This document shows, in pieces, positions 22,991 through 46,149 of a stretch of DNA of 64,000 nucleotides (position 1 is the stretch's first letter; each line of letters begins with the position of its first letter). The position numbers and the translations under genes are program-made. Location of the stretch: assembly GCA_964016885.1 (NCBI GenBank), contig OZ024742.1, positions 68,696,001 through 68,760,000 of the forward strand. Reading direction: 5' to 3'. The DNA comes from Eledone cirrhosa. Taxonomy: Eukaryota. The notes beneath the pieces are model-generated. The model saw nothing but the letters and a program-made list of their open reading frames with translations, was not told the DNA's origin and ran no database searches.

Positions 22991-24870
22991 TGTGTATGTG
23001 TGAGAGAGAATAAGTGGAGGTGTAAGCGTGTGTATGTGCGCGTGCGTGTGTGTGGGGTGTGTAAAAATGGGGCTAGAGGCCCTATCAGGTTAAAAATTGG
23101 GTGTTGAGCTCTAGTCTATTATTGATTGGTGGATGTGTTCTATCTATAATAAGTGCTTCCTTAATTCTAAGATTGCCGAGGTTTCTTTCCTTAGTTTCTA
23201 TCCTAACTGTTATGTTTTTATCAGTGTTTTTGCATTTAACTAGGTGTTTCTTAAATGAGGAAGCGTTAGTATTGAGGTGTTCTTTTATTCTTATGTGGAG
23301 TGGTCTGGTGGTGCTACCTACGTAGAAGTTGTTGCATTTGTCACACTCTAGTCTGTATACTACGTAAGCCTGGTGGCATAGGTCTGTGTCGTTGATGGGG
23401 CAGTTGGCTAGTCTGCAGCAGTTGTCATGTCTGGTGGAGTGTCTCATGGCCAGCCGTCCGCGCAGAGAGGGACCCGAGTGGGCCAGTTGGATATCCAGTC
23501 CCTCTCGTCTGATGGCTCTGCGGATGGCTGTTGTTGTTTCTTCACTGAAGTGTGGGAGCTTCAGGAAGCAAGTGTTAGTGCCTCGGGTGTGGTGTCCTCT
23601 GTTCTTTCTGGCACGGTTTGTGGTGGATGTCGTGTATCCGTTCAGTTTGAGTACTTCCAGGAAATGTGTGGTGTGTGTGTCTCGGTCTCTGGCGTCGGTG
23701 CATTTGTTCTTGATACGTGCCAGTTCGTTCTTTATGTATCCGAACTTGGCACCGAGTGGGAGGGCCGATCTGAAATGTACGAACAGGTCCCTGCTGGCGG
23801 ATTTTTTATAGAAGCAGTGAAGAAACAACAACAGCCATCCGCAGAGCCATCAGACGAGAGGGACTGGATATCCAACTGGCCCACTCGGGTCCCTCTCTGC
23901 GCGGACGGCTGGCTATGAGACACTCCACCAGACATGACAACTGCTGCAGACTAGCCAACTGCCCCATCAACGACACAGACCTATGCCACCAGGCTTACGT
24001 AGTATACAGACTAGAGTGTGACAAATGCAACAACTTCTACGTAGGTAGCACCACCAGACCACTCCACATAAGAATAAAAGAACACCTCAATACTAACGCT
24101 TCCTCATTTAAGAAACACCTAGTTAAATGCAAAAACACTGATAAAAACATAACAGTTAGGATAGAAACTAAGGAAAGAAACCTCGGCAATCTTAGAATTA
24201 AGGAAGCACTTATTATAGATAGAACACATCCACCAATCAATAATAGACTAGAGCTCAACACCCAATTTTTAACCTGATAGGGCCTCTAGCCCCATTTTTA
24301 CACACCCCACACACACGCACGCGCACATACACACGCTTACACCTCCACTTATTCTCTCTCACACATACACACACAAAACCAGTTCTAACACCAGATAACA
24401 CCTACCCCCCACTTTTACGATTAGACCAATCTTCCCACACTCACACACCCACATACCTACACCTTCATGCATTCTCCCACACACATATACAGGCACGTAT
24501 ATAAAATTTAAAAAAAAAAAAAAAAAAACCCCAAATCAAACCCCTCTTAAAGGGAGACTACTCTTTATCCACCTAATTTTAATTCTTTGATATTAGAGTT
24601 AGAACTCTATACTATTTCCGGTCAGCATGGTTTCACTAGAGATTTAAAGACGCTGGTTTGAGACCTTTACTTCCCTCCGAAGAAGAGATATTATCTCGAA
24701 AATTAAGGACATTTAAATAAATTCAAGGTGAAAGACGAATTCACATCAATATCTTTCACTATTGCATTCTTTTTTCTATGTCCATACCTGCATTGTCTTG
24801 GCCTTATTACACATATTCAAACGTTTATACCTCATTACACAATGCTTCAAGTGAACTATAACCTCCTCCC
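22991..24870. mobile_element. Penelope-like element with head-to-head inverted duplication (minus copy 23814-22991; plus copy 23815-24870)
   Basis: GIY-YIG VVYRLECDKCNNFYVGSTTRPLHIRIKEH on both strands; 557-bp inverted arms 22991-23547 and 23815-24371. Confidence 0.93.
24674..24708 (+). ncRNA. Minimal hammerhead-like motif (core CCGAAGA, U4 altered) in the PLE 3' pLTR
   Basis: CCT-CCGAAGA-A-GAGATA t TATCTC-GAAA-AT-TA-AGG. Confidence 0.62.
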
Positions 24871-29817
<4,947 letters not shown>

Positions 29818-29819
29818 GA

Positions 29820-30203
29820 TGGCTGCCAACTCGTTTTCCGAGTACGGCCACTACTTTATATCCATGTAGGAGAACCCCTACCGATGCGCTGAAACAAGTG
29901 TGACTTTTTAGTCCAGCCAGCGACTTGAAAACTCTGGTACAAACACTACACTTGTGACAATTATTGACACATAGTGCAGGGGCCCATGGTACCATGTGAT
30001 GACAAGTGCAGAGAGATCTCCAGATATAAAGCAATGCCTGTGCTGTGAAGCTTTTATAGTGAGCAAGGGGACTGCACAAAGCCAGACCCACTCTCTTCAC
30101 CAAGATGATATTTACCAAAAAGAAGAAGTCAACATCGTTGGATACCATCAGAGTTGCAGGTGTTATATTCAGAGTTTTCCTTCTCCTAGAATTCTGCCTT
30201 GAC
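29820..30203 (-). mobile_element. 600-bp RTE derivative, 5'-truncated copy 2
   Basis: Collinear with 12534-12916. Confidence 0.9.
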
Positions 30204-30552
30204 TATATACATATATATATATATATATGTATATATGTATATATGTATATATATATATATATATAATATATATATATATATATGTATATATATATCATCA
30301 TCACCGTTTTACGTCCGTTCTTCCACGCTAGCATGGGTTAGACGGGTTGTCCTGTTGTGGGCAGTGTCTGGTCGGCTGACCATGCCTTGCTCATACAGGA
30401 ACTGATCTGGCTTGATTTCTACAGCTGGATGCCCTTCCTAACACCAACCTCATTTACAGTGAGTGCTGGGTGCTTTTTCGTGGCGCCTACACGTCCACTT
30501 TACAGTGTGGGCTGGGTGCTTTTTTTGCCGTGGCACCTCCACGACCACCTTG

Positions 30553-31496
<944 letters not shown>

Positions 31497-32490
31497 CATC
31501 ATCATCATCATCATCAACGTTTAACGTCCGTGTTCCATGCTTGCATGGGTTTGGACGGGGGTAGTCCCACTTGAGGCAAGAGTGATTGTCTTGCTCGCAT
31601 AGGACTGTCTGGCAGGTTTCTTCTACAGTTGGATGCCCTTCCTAACACCAACCACAATTTACAGTGTGGGTCTGGGAGGTTTTTACCGTGTTGCCTACAC
31701 GGCCACATTACAGCGTGGACTGTGTGTTTTTTTGTCGTGACACCTACACGATCTCATTTGTTTCGGCCTCGATGGCGCGGCACCAACATAACTTTACATA
31801 GAACGGGGTGGTGTGGATCGGGTGGGGGTGGTGATGGTTGGGACGGGGTGTATTTTGTTAGAGATGCCTACTGGCTGAGTAGGTTTTACTATATATTTAG
31901 GTAAGGCGGGTCTTCTCTGTTACTGAGTACCGCCAAAGGTCTCGGTCCAGTGACATTGTCTTGGAGAGGTGTAAGTGTGTGATGTCGGAGTTTATCAGCT
32001 CGTCCCAGGTTTTTCTAGGTCTGCCTATTCCGTGACTACCGTCTATCTTTATTGCCCTGCACTTTGTTATACAGCTATCGACTTTCATGCGCAATTACGT
32101 GTCCATACCAACGTAGCCTTCTCTCGAGTAAACAACATCTGATCCCTCTTATCTCTAATTTTTTCCTTAGTTCGTTTATGCTTTGCCGTTCACGTATATT
32201 ACTGTTACACATCCAGCGGAGCATGCAAGCTTCGTTTCTCTCTAGTCTGCGTATATCCTCTGCACACAATGCCCAGGTCTCACTGCCATGCAGCATTGCT
32301 GTTCGTATGCAGGCATCGTACAACCTGCCTTTCATTTTTAGTGAGAACCCTTTAGCAGCTAATAGTGGTATAAGCTCTCTGAACTTTTCCAACCAGTTCT
32401 GACTCTAGCTACAGTACTTTCAGAGCACCCTCCCCCCCACTGCTGATTTTATCGCCCAGGTAACGGAAGCTGTCCACTATTTCTATAGAA
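31497..32490 (-). mobile_element. RTE family A, 5'-truncated copy
   Basis: KGRLYDACIRTAMLHGSETW...RRLRWYGHV...GRPRKTW; 3' UTR and (ATG)n tail. Confidence 0.95.
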
Positions 32491-36358
<3,868 letters not shown>

Positions 36359-36449
36359 ATATATATACATATATACATACAATAAAAAATATGTTGTTAC
36401 AGAAAAGACTTAGAAAGAAGAGATATACATACATATATATATATATATA

Positions 36450-37045
36450 GTGGCTGACAACTCGTTTTCGATTACGGCCACTACTTTATATCCATGTAGG
36501 AGAACCCCTACCGATGCACTGAACGAGTGTGACTTTTTAGTCCAGCCAGCAACTTGAAAACTCTGGTACAAACACTACACTTGTGACAATTATTGACACA
36601 TAGTGCTGGGCCCATGGTACCATGTGACGACAAATGCAGAGAGATCTCCAGATATAAAGCAATGCCTGTGCCGTGAAGCTTTTATAGTGAGCAAAGGCAG
36701 TCCCACTCTCTTAACCAAGATGATATTTACCAAAAAGAAGAACAAGTCAACATCATTGGATACTATCAGAGTTGCAGGTGTTATATCAGAGTTTTCCTTC
36801 TCCTAGAATTCTGCCTTGACAAAGGCTAAGGCGTCATCTCTCCCGGTGATTTTGGATGGCCATTGACTCTTAAGAGCTCCTTTGCCCTTTGACAGGTTTT
36901 GTTTTTAGTCCTGCAGGATGTCCAAAGTCACCCTCCTCACCAAGAAACCTTGGTGGGGTTGCCAGTTTAGTCGCCAATGACCCGACCATGAGACAGGTTG
37001 TACTGAGATACAGGTTACCAGTAGCACCAACTGGTGACCTGACAT
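36450..37045 (-). mobile_element. 600-bp RTE derivative, full-length copy 3
   Basis: Same 5' terminus (ATGTCAGGTC) as copy 1. Confidence 0.9.
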
Positions 37046-37260
37046 AATACATACATACATACATACATATATATACATACATACATATATATTTCTTTAT
37101 TAGCCACAGGGGCACAAAAGAAGGGGACAAATACATACATACATATATAGATACATACATATATAGATACATACATATATATACATACATACATATACAT
37201 ACATACATATATATATAGATAGATACATACATATACATACATACATATATATATAGATAG

Positions 37261-37299
<39 letters not shown>

Positions 37300-37439
37300 C
37301 ATATATATACATACATACATATATATACATACATACATATTATATACATACATACATATATATACATACATACATATACATACATATATATACATACATA
37401 CATATACATACATATATATACATACATACATATATATAC

Positions 37440-37470
<31 letters not shown>

Positions 37471-38021
37471 CATATATATACATATATATACATACATACA
37501 TATATATACATATATATACATACATACATATATATACATATATATACATACATACATATATATACATATATATACATACATACATATATATACATATATA
37601 TACATACATACATATATATACATATATATACATACATACATATATATACATATATATACATACATACATATATATACATATATATACATACATACATATA
37701 TATACATATATATACATACATACATATATATACATACATACACATACATACATATACATACATACATATATATACATATATATACATACATATATATACA
37801 TATATATATATACATATATATACATACATATACATACATATATATACATATATATACATACATATATATACATATATATACATATATCTACATATATATA
37901 CATATATCTACATATATATACATACATACATATATCTACATATATATACATACATACATATATATACATATATATACATACATACATATACATACATACA
38001 TATACATATACATATATATAC

Positions 38022-38096
<75 letters not shown>

Positions 38097-38103
38097 CATA
38101 TAT

Positions 38104-38136
<33 letters not shown>

Positions 38137-38322
38137 CATATATATACATACATACATATATATACATATATATACATATATATACATACATACATATATA
38201 TACATACATACATATATATACATACATACATATACATACATACATATATATACATACATACATATATATACATACATACATATACATACATACATATATA
38301 TACATACATACATATACATACA

Positions 38323-38356
<34 letters not shown>

Positions 38357-38393
38357 CATACATACATATATATATACATACATACATATATAC

Positions 38394-38427
<34 letters not shown>

Positions 38428-38491
38428 ATACATACATATATACATACATATATACATACATACATATATACATACATACATATATACATAC

Positions 38492-38589
<98 letters not shown>

Positions 38590-38598
38590 ATACATACA

Positions 38599-38639
<41 letters not shown>

Positions 38640-38648
38640 ATACATACA

Positions 38649-38689
<41 letters not shown>

Positions 38690-38711
38690 ATACATACATA
38701 CATATATATAC

Positions 38712-38777
<66 letters not shown>

Positions 38778-39209
38778 ATACATACATACATACATATATA
38801 CATACATATATATATATACATACATACATACTATATACATACATATATATATATATACACATACATACATATATACATACATATATACATACATACATAC
38901 ATATATACATACATATATATATATATATACATACATATATATATATACATACATATATATATACATATATATATATACATACATATATATATACATAACA
39001 TACATATATATATACATACATATATATATATACATACATATATATATATACACGAATATATATATACAAACATACATATATATACAAACAAATATATATA
39101 TACAAACATATATATATATACAAACATATATATATATACAAACATATATATATATATACATATATATACACACACATATATATATATATATATACACATA
39201 CATATATAT
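37046..39209. repeat. (TACA)n/(TA)n array
   Basis: Direct inspection; a short unique insert at about 37092-37130. Confidence 0.95.
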
Positions 39210-39384
39210 AAGGAACGGTCGACTTTCGTCAAATCGGACCGAGGAAACAATGTTTCCGTTGGTCTTTCCAGTTGCTAATACTATCTATTGGTCGCAACTC
39301 CAGGTAGAAGGAGCAACGTGAAATAAAGCGTCTTGCTCAAGGACATAACGCATCGCCCGGTCCAGGAATCGAACTCACAACCTC

Positions 39385-39385
<1 letters not shown>
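39210..39385 (-). mobile_element. 5'-truncated tRNA-derived SINE with V/CORE-like body
   Basis: B-box GAGTTCGATTCC followed by GTCCTTGAGCAAGACGCTT. Confidence 0.7.
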
Positions 39386-39415
<30 letters not shown>

Positions 39416-39477
39416 TATATATATATATATATACACATACATATATATATATACATACATACATACATACATACAAG

Positions 39478-39613
39478 GTGGCTGCCAACTCGTTTTTGAG
39501 TACGGCCATTACTTTATATCCATGTAGCAGAACCCTTACCGATGCGCTGAACGAGTGTGACTTTTTAGTCCAGCCAGCGACTTGAAAACTCTGGTACAAA
39601 CACTACACTTGTG

Positions 39614-39616
<3 letters not shown>
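39478..39616 (-). mobile_element. 600-bp RTE derivative, short 3' copy 4
   Basis: Collinear with the 3' 140 bp of the family. Confidence 0.88.
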
Positions 39617-39648
<32 letters not shown>

Positions 39649-39832
39649 TACATACATATGGCCGGGGTCTAAAATCAATATTAACAACATATGAGACCCG
39701 GATAGTAACACTGAAGCAACACCTTCAACAGAGGAAAAAGGTTGGCAACCATCTTGCCCATGTTTATGAGCATGAAAAAAAAAATAGACAGACAGACAGA
39801 CAGACATACATACATACATACATACATACATG

Positions 39833-40391
39833 GTGGCTGCCAACTCGTTTTCGAGTATGGCCACTACTTTATATCCATGTAAAAGAACCCCTACCGATGC
39901 ATTGAACGAGTGTGACTTTTTAGTCCAGCCAGCGACTTGAAAACTCTGGTACAAACACTACACTTGTGACAATTATTGACACATAGTGCTGGGCCCATGG
40001 TACCATGTGACGACAAGTGCAGAGAGATCTCCAGATATAAAGCAATGCCTGTGCCGTGAAGCTTTTATAGTGAGCAAAGGCACTGCACAAAACCAGTCCC
40101 ACTCTCTTAACCAAGATGATATTTACCAAAAAGAAGAATAAGTCAACATCATTGGATACCATCAGAGTTGCAGGTGTTATATCAGAGTTTTCCTTCTCCT
40201 AGAATTCTGCCTTGACAAAGGCTAAGGGGTCATCTGTCCCGGTGATTTTGGATGGCCATTGACTCTTAAGAGCTCCTTTGCCCTTTGACAGGTCTTGTTT
40301 TTAGTCCTGCAGGATGTCCAAAGTTACCCTCCTCACCAAGAAACCTTGGTGGGGTTGCAAGTTTAGTCGCCAATGACCCGACCATGAGACA
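39833..40391 (-). mobile_element. 600-bp RTE derivative, copy 5 (lacks ~50 bp of 5' end; abuts the tail of RTE family C)
   Basis: Collinear with copies 1 and 3. Confidence 0.9.
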
Positions 40392-40405
40392 TACATACAT
40401 ACATG

Positions 40406-43400
40406 ATGGCTGCCCCCTCGTTATCGAGTATGGCCGTTGCACGAGGAGAAAGGAAAAAAAAAAAAAAATAATAATAATAATAATAAATAAATAAATAAAA
40501 AGAAAATAAAAATTAAAAAAATATATATATATATATGCATATAAATACACATACACACACACACACACACATTAATAACAATAATAATAATAATAATAAT
40601 AATCATAACAACAATAATAATAACGACAACAATAATAATATACATATACATATACACACACACGCACACACATAAGCATATCTACACACACACACACACA
40701 CACATTAGCAACTAACAGCGCTGCGATCGAATGTGGCTTTTTAGCCCAGCCAATGATCTAAAATGTCTTGCACAGAGTCGGCGACCAAAACATTCACTGG
40801 GAATAGTCGGCTGCGGTTGGAGTTCGTGTACTTTTACATGTCGCTTGAGCCCTCCTGCTGATTTACATTCTCTACCACATGTTTGGCAAGCATGATGAGT
40901 AGCATCTCCAACAGCAGCCTGGTAGTCAACCACTGGTCTTACTTTATGACTGCGAAGATGACTTTCGAGTCCAGCTTTGCTTAGGCAGAGTCTCGCACAT
41001 ACACTGCATGTCAGCACCATAGGAGGACCCTCGCCGTCTGGAAGTGCAACAGCAATGCCCTTCCTCACATCCCGCTTTACTTTCTCGTATGCGATTCGAG
41101 ATGCCTCAAAGGCAACTTTTCCCTCATATACAGTCTTTCTCCATTTATTACGATCAGCAGCAATATTCTCCCATGTATCAGCAGAGATGTTAGCGTCTTT
41201 CAAAGAGGCTTTCAAGGAATCCTTATACCTCTTTTTTGGTTTATGTGGCGGTCGTTTTTCTTTAACCAACTCTCCATAAAAGAGTTGTTTTGGTATTCTA
41301 GAATCCTTCATCCTGGCAAGGTGACCACTCCAACGGAGTCGTTGCTTAAGCACAAGAGCTTCTATACTGTCACACATAGAGCTTTCCAAAATCTCGACAT
41401 CACTGATGTGGTCCCTCCAGTGAACGCCATGGATCTGTCTGAGACACATCTGATGGAAACGCTCCAATTGCTTAAGGTGGTGTCGATATGTGACCCAGGT
41501 CTCGCAGGCATAAAGAAGACAAGAGAGCACACATGCCCTGTACACCTTTACCTTTGTCTTCCTGCATATATCTCGCCGACCCCAGAGTTGCCTTTCTAGC
41601 TTTCCGAAAGCATCACTTGCTTTCCTAATCCTAAGTGAGATTTCACTGTCAAGGTTGCTGTATCGATTGACAGTGCTTCCCAGGTAGACAAACTGATCAA
41701 CCACTCCAAGTCATTTGCCATACACATAGATGTTTGATTCAGTGTACTGCTTACCAGGGGCAGGTTGGTACATGACGACGGTTTTCTTGAGACTGACAGT
41801 CAGACCTGGGGCAGCGCAAGCGTCAGAAAATGTATTCAAAATGTGCTGCATATCACTCTCTGTGTGCGCTACAAGATCGCAATCATCTGCATGCAAGAGG
41901 TCTCTTATGATTGATGTAAATACTTTTGTCTTCGCAGCAAAGCGCCTGATATTAAATATGTTGCCTGAGGTTCGATATCGGATGTAAACACCATGCTCGC
42001 AATTCCTGAATGCAATACAGAAAACCATTGCAAAGTATATGGCAAACAGGGTCGGTGCTGGAATATCCCCCTGTTTCACTCCATTTTTTACTGAGATAGG
42101 CTCCGACATGTTACCCCCGACATTAACCCAAGCCTTCATGTCGTCATGGAAAGACCTAACTAAAGCAAGGAACTTATCAGGGCAACCAAGTTTCTGGAGA
42201 ACCTTCCATAATGCATCTCTGTTAACAGTATCGAAAGCTTTTGTCGGATCGACAAAAACCTGATACAGATCCAAGCCTTGTTCCATGCACTTCTCCTGGA
42301 GCTGTCTAGCTGAGAAGATCATATCAGTAGTGCCGCGTCCAGCACGAAAACCAGATTGACTTTCAGGAAGAACACAATCTGCAATGTGTGTCAGCAGACG
42401 GTCCAGAAGCACCCTACATAAAACTTTCCCTACGACAGAAAGCAATGATATACCTCTGTAGTTCCCACAATCATTCCTGTCACCCTTTCCCTTGTACAAG
42501 ACCACCGTTACTGCATCTCTCCAGTCCTCAGGTACGGATTCATTAGCCCATATCCTGCCAAACAAAGAGTGAAGATGTTGCAGGAGTCTCTCACCACCAT
42601 ATTGTAGGAGCTCAGCAATGTATGCCATCCATACCTGGAGATCTTCCACTGTTCAGCTTCGAAATAGCCACTGCAACCTCCACAAGCGTCGGAGGTTCTG
42701 CGAGAGCTACTTTCAGAGGACTTTCTGGAATGAGATTGAGGAAATCTTCACTGACGACAGACGGCTGATTCAAAAGATCATCAAAGTGCTCTCGCCACCT
42801 TCATAGAATTCCTTGTGAGTCACGAAGAAGTTCTTTGCCATCCTTGCTACGAAGCGGTGTCACCAGAGAAGAAGACGGTCCATAAACCTCACGCAACAGC
42901 TTTGTGTTATTGGAATCTGACGTAGTTTGACGCAGCCAACAAGTCTTCTATATGTACATCATTCTCATCAAACCAGTCCTGATGTTTCCTCTGCGCCAAT
43001 CCCAGAACACGCCTGCCTACATCATAAACCGACTTTTTAAGGGTCGGCCAATCCTCACCAAGATCTGCAGCCTGCATCTCTTCTTGCAATGTCCTCTTCA
43101 CATTTTTATCCTTAAGACGAGCAGCATTCAATCTTTTGGGCAGGGCAACACCAGGAGCCCGGATTTTACGTTTAGTGATTAGTTTCACTTTTGCGCGTAC
43201 CAGGCGGTGGTCCGTCCAGCACTCAGCTCTACGAAGAACACGAACACACTGCACATCCTGTCTGTCACGCATCCTGACTAGGACGTAGTCCAAAAGATGC
43301 CATTCCTTAGATGCAGGATGCATCCATGTGGTCTTGAATTTGTTCTTTTGTTGGAACATGGTGTTGGTAACACACAGATCCAGCTCCTCACACATCTGCA

Positions 43401-44094
43401 GCAGGAGCATACCATTGCTGTTACACTTTCCCACCCCATGCCTTCCGATTACATTCCATGTGTTAAAATCCCTACCCACTCTAGCATTAAAGTCACCAAG
43501 CACGATGACTTTGTCTGCCTGAGGGATATTTCTTAAAACACCAAGGCATGGTAAAAGGACACCTTTTCCTCATCGACAGAACTCATAGTTGGAGCATACA
43601 CACTCACCAGGGTAGCATATCTTCCCTTGTCCAGCGGAACTCATGGACATAAGACGCTCACTAATCCCTACTGGGAATTCTTCTAATTTGTTCACAAGCA
43701 CAGTCTTAACAGCAAATCCTACCCCAGCCTCTCTTCTGGTTCCTTCATCTCTTCCTTTCCAGAAGAATGTATATTCTCCACAAAATTCCGTAAGATGACC
43801 ATCTCCAGCTAGCCTCGTCTCAAATAAAGCCACAATGTCAAGATCGTAACGTCGAAGCTCCTTTGCAACAAGAGCGGTCCTTCGTTCAGGACGCCCCAAG
43901 GAATCCCTGTCAAGCAGCGTCCGTACGTTCCAGCAGCCAAGACTAAATGCCTTGTTTGGCTCTATTACAATGGCACGATGACGAGTGGGCCCAGGCTGTG
44001 ATAACCTGGGGCCCCTGCCCTTATTGCTAATGATCTTTTTTGTTCCAGAACCTAAATTGCCAATTATCTCTTTTATATTGTTCTGGAACATCAT
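40406..44094 (-). mobile_element. RTE (BovB/RTE-1-like) LINE family C: APE, RT and C-terminal C2H2 fingers; frameshifted, probable internal deletion near 42900; microsatellite-rich 3' UTR
   Basis: CWNVRTLLD..RPERRTALVAKELRRY, GDFNARVG, WTDHRLV, NYRGISLL, GVKQG, LHADD, FVYLGS, RLRWSGH; CxxC-x12-H-x3-H repeats. Confidence 0.95.
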
Positions 44095-44128
44095 TGAATT
44101 GGGAAGAAAAAAAAAATAAAGAAAAAAA

Positions 44129-44184
<56 letters not shown>

Positions 44185-44185
<1 letters not shown>

Positions 44186-44526
44186 GTACACTATTAATAA
44201 TTATTAATCATATTTTTTCTCTAAAATCATATTTTCTCTATCATCGCATTTTCTCTATCGTATTTTCCTAAACATATTTTCGTTTATTGTTAAATTATGC
44301 CCAAAATACGGGGATATTATTTAAACTCTTAACCTCTCTGCTCCATCCCATCTTCTACCCCCACCCATACATCATGCTGGTTCCCCCCCCCCCCCCCCCC
44401 CCTCCCTCTCTATACATATAAGATAAACCCTACCAAAATTAATCAAAATCGCCAACTCGCTATTCTGTTATGGCTGTTTCCTCGGTATAATGTAACGTTC
44501 AAATATATTTTTCTCGATTCTTCTCT
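44185..44526. repeat. Direct repeat, left copy (right copy 46150-46484), flanking the R4/Dong element
   Basis: Identical by eye except in the poly-C tract; both copies are preceded by (AAT)n. Confidence 0.92.
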
Positions 44527-46149
44527 GATGCCCTTGACCATTATGCTGAGAAAAGTGAGAGCAGGATACAAGTTGGGAAGGGGAGAGCTTACCATCAATC
44601 ACCTCCTCTTCATGGACGATCTTAAGCTCTTCGGGAAAAGTGAGAAGGAGTTGGATGTGCTTGTTGACACTGTCCGTATTTTCAGCAGTGATATATGTAT
44701 GCAATTTGGTATTGGTAAATGTGGAGTCATTGTGATGAGGAGGGGTAGGTTGAGCAGAAGTAACGGGATCCAGATACCAACAGGTGAGATGATAAAGGAA
44801 ATTGACTCTGAGGAAGGATACAAGTATTTGGGCGTTCTGGAGGCTGATGGCATAAAGAACAAAAAAATGAAGGAATTGTTAAGAACTGAATACATTCGGA
44901 GAGTAAGGAGCGTATTGAAGTCACATCTGAACAGCAGAAATGCCATAAGCGCAGTAAATTCCCGAGCTGTGTCTATTTTTAGGTACAGTGCGGGAATTCT
45001 GAGATGGAATGTTGCTGAACAAAAAGAAATGGATAGGAAGACTAGGAAGCTATTGACTATCTACAACATGTTCCACAAGAGGAGTGATGTCGATAGACTC
45101 TACCTAAGGAGATCTGAGGGTGGAAGAGGTCTTATCAGCATAGAGGACTGTGTTCAGATGGAGAAAAACAACCTATACAAATACGTGACCTATAGTAAGA
45201 AGCCAATGCTCAGAGCTGTACTGAAGGAGGGGACAGTAGGCCAGGGGATACCCAAGGAGGAAATAACATCAAGGAGGAAGAGCAGCCTTAAGGGAAAATC
45301 CCTTCATAGTACCTTCTTTGAGAAAACTGAATTTAGAGATCCACAGACATGGAACTGGTTGAGAAGAGGAGACCTCAAAAAGGCTACAGAAGGAATGCTA
45401 ATGGCTGCGCAGGAGCAGGCCCTCAAAACGAAGTGGTTGAAGCACCATATCTACAAGGAGGAGGCTAGCCCACTGTGCAGGATCTGTGGAGAGAGAGAGG
45501 AGACTGTGGCTCACATTGTGTCCGAGTGTAAACACCAAGCCCAGACCCACTATAAGGGCTGGAGACACGATGTGATGGGCAGGGTGATCCACTGGCACCT
45601 GTGCAAAGTAAACAATCTACCACATTCTGAGAAATGGTATGAGCATAGGCCAGAGGCGGTGATGGAGAACAGTCAGGTGAAGGTGCTGTGGGATTTTAGG
45701 ATACAGACGGACAAAAAACTGGAACACAATAGACCTGACCTGGTGGTTGTGGACAAAGAAAAAAGATCGTGCCTGATTGTGGATGTGGCCTGCCCGTTCG
45801 ACACGAGAGTGCAAGAGAAGGAGAGGGAGAAAATTAACCGATACCAGGACCTAAAGTGGGAGGTGAAAAGGATTTGGAACTGCCATGAAGTCAAAGTGAT
45901 CCCGATTGTCATAGGCGCACTGGGGACTATCTCCAAAGGTTTCCAGGGATGGTTAAAGAAAATCGGCCCCTTCACGCTTTTTTGAACGCTTCAAAAGGCA
46001 TGCTTGCTTGGAACGGCAAGAACCCTCCGATACGTCCTGAATATCTGAGGGTGCAGGTAGTGGCTTGATATTCAATCCAACGGACTTTCCAGTTAACCAA
46101 CATCAATGACTGAGATTCAAGGAATAACAATAACAATAATAATAATAAT
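44527..46149 (+). mobile_element. 5'-truncated R4/Dong-clade RLE non-LTR retrotransposon with (AAT/AAC)n tail
   Basis: HLLFMDDLKLF, YKYLG, GGRGL, CRIC...ETVAHIVSEC, RHD, RPD...IVDVACPFD...EKINRY; terminal LQKACLLGTAR after a poly-T frameshift. Confidence 0.93.

Noticed and set aside
39340-39385. tRNA gene
   Set aside because: Only a B-box/T-arm remnant followed by a SINE body; no cloverleaf.
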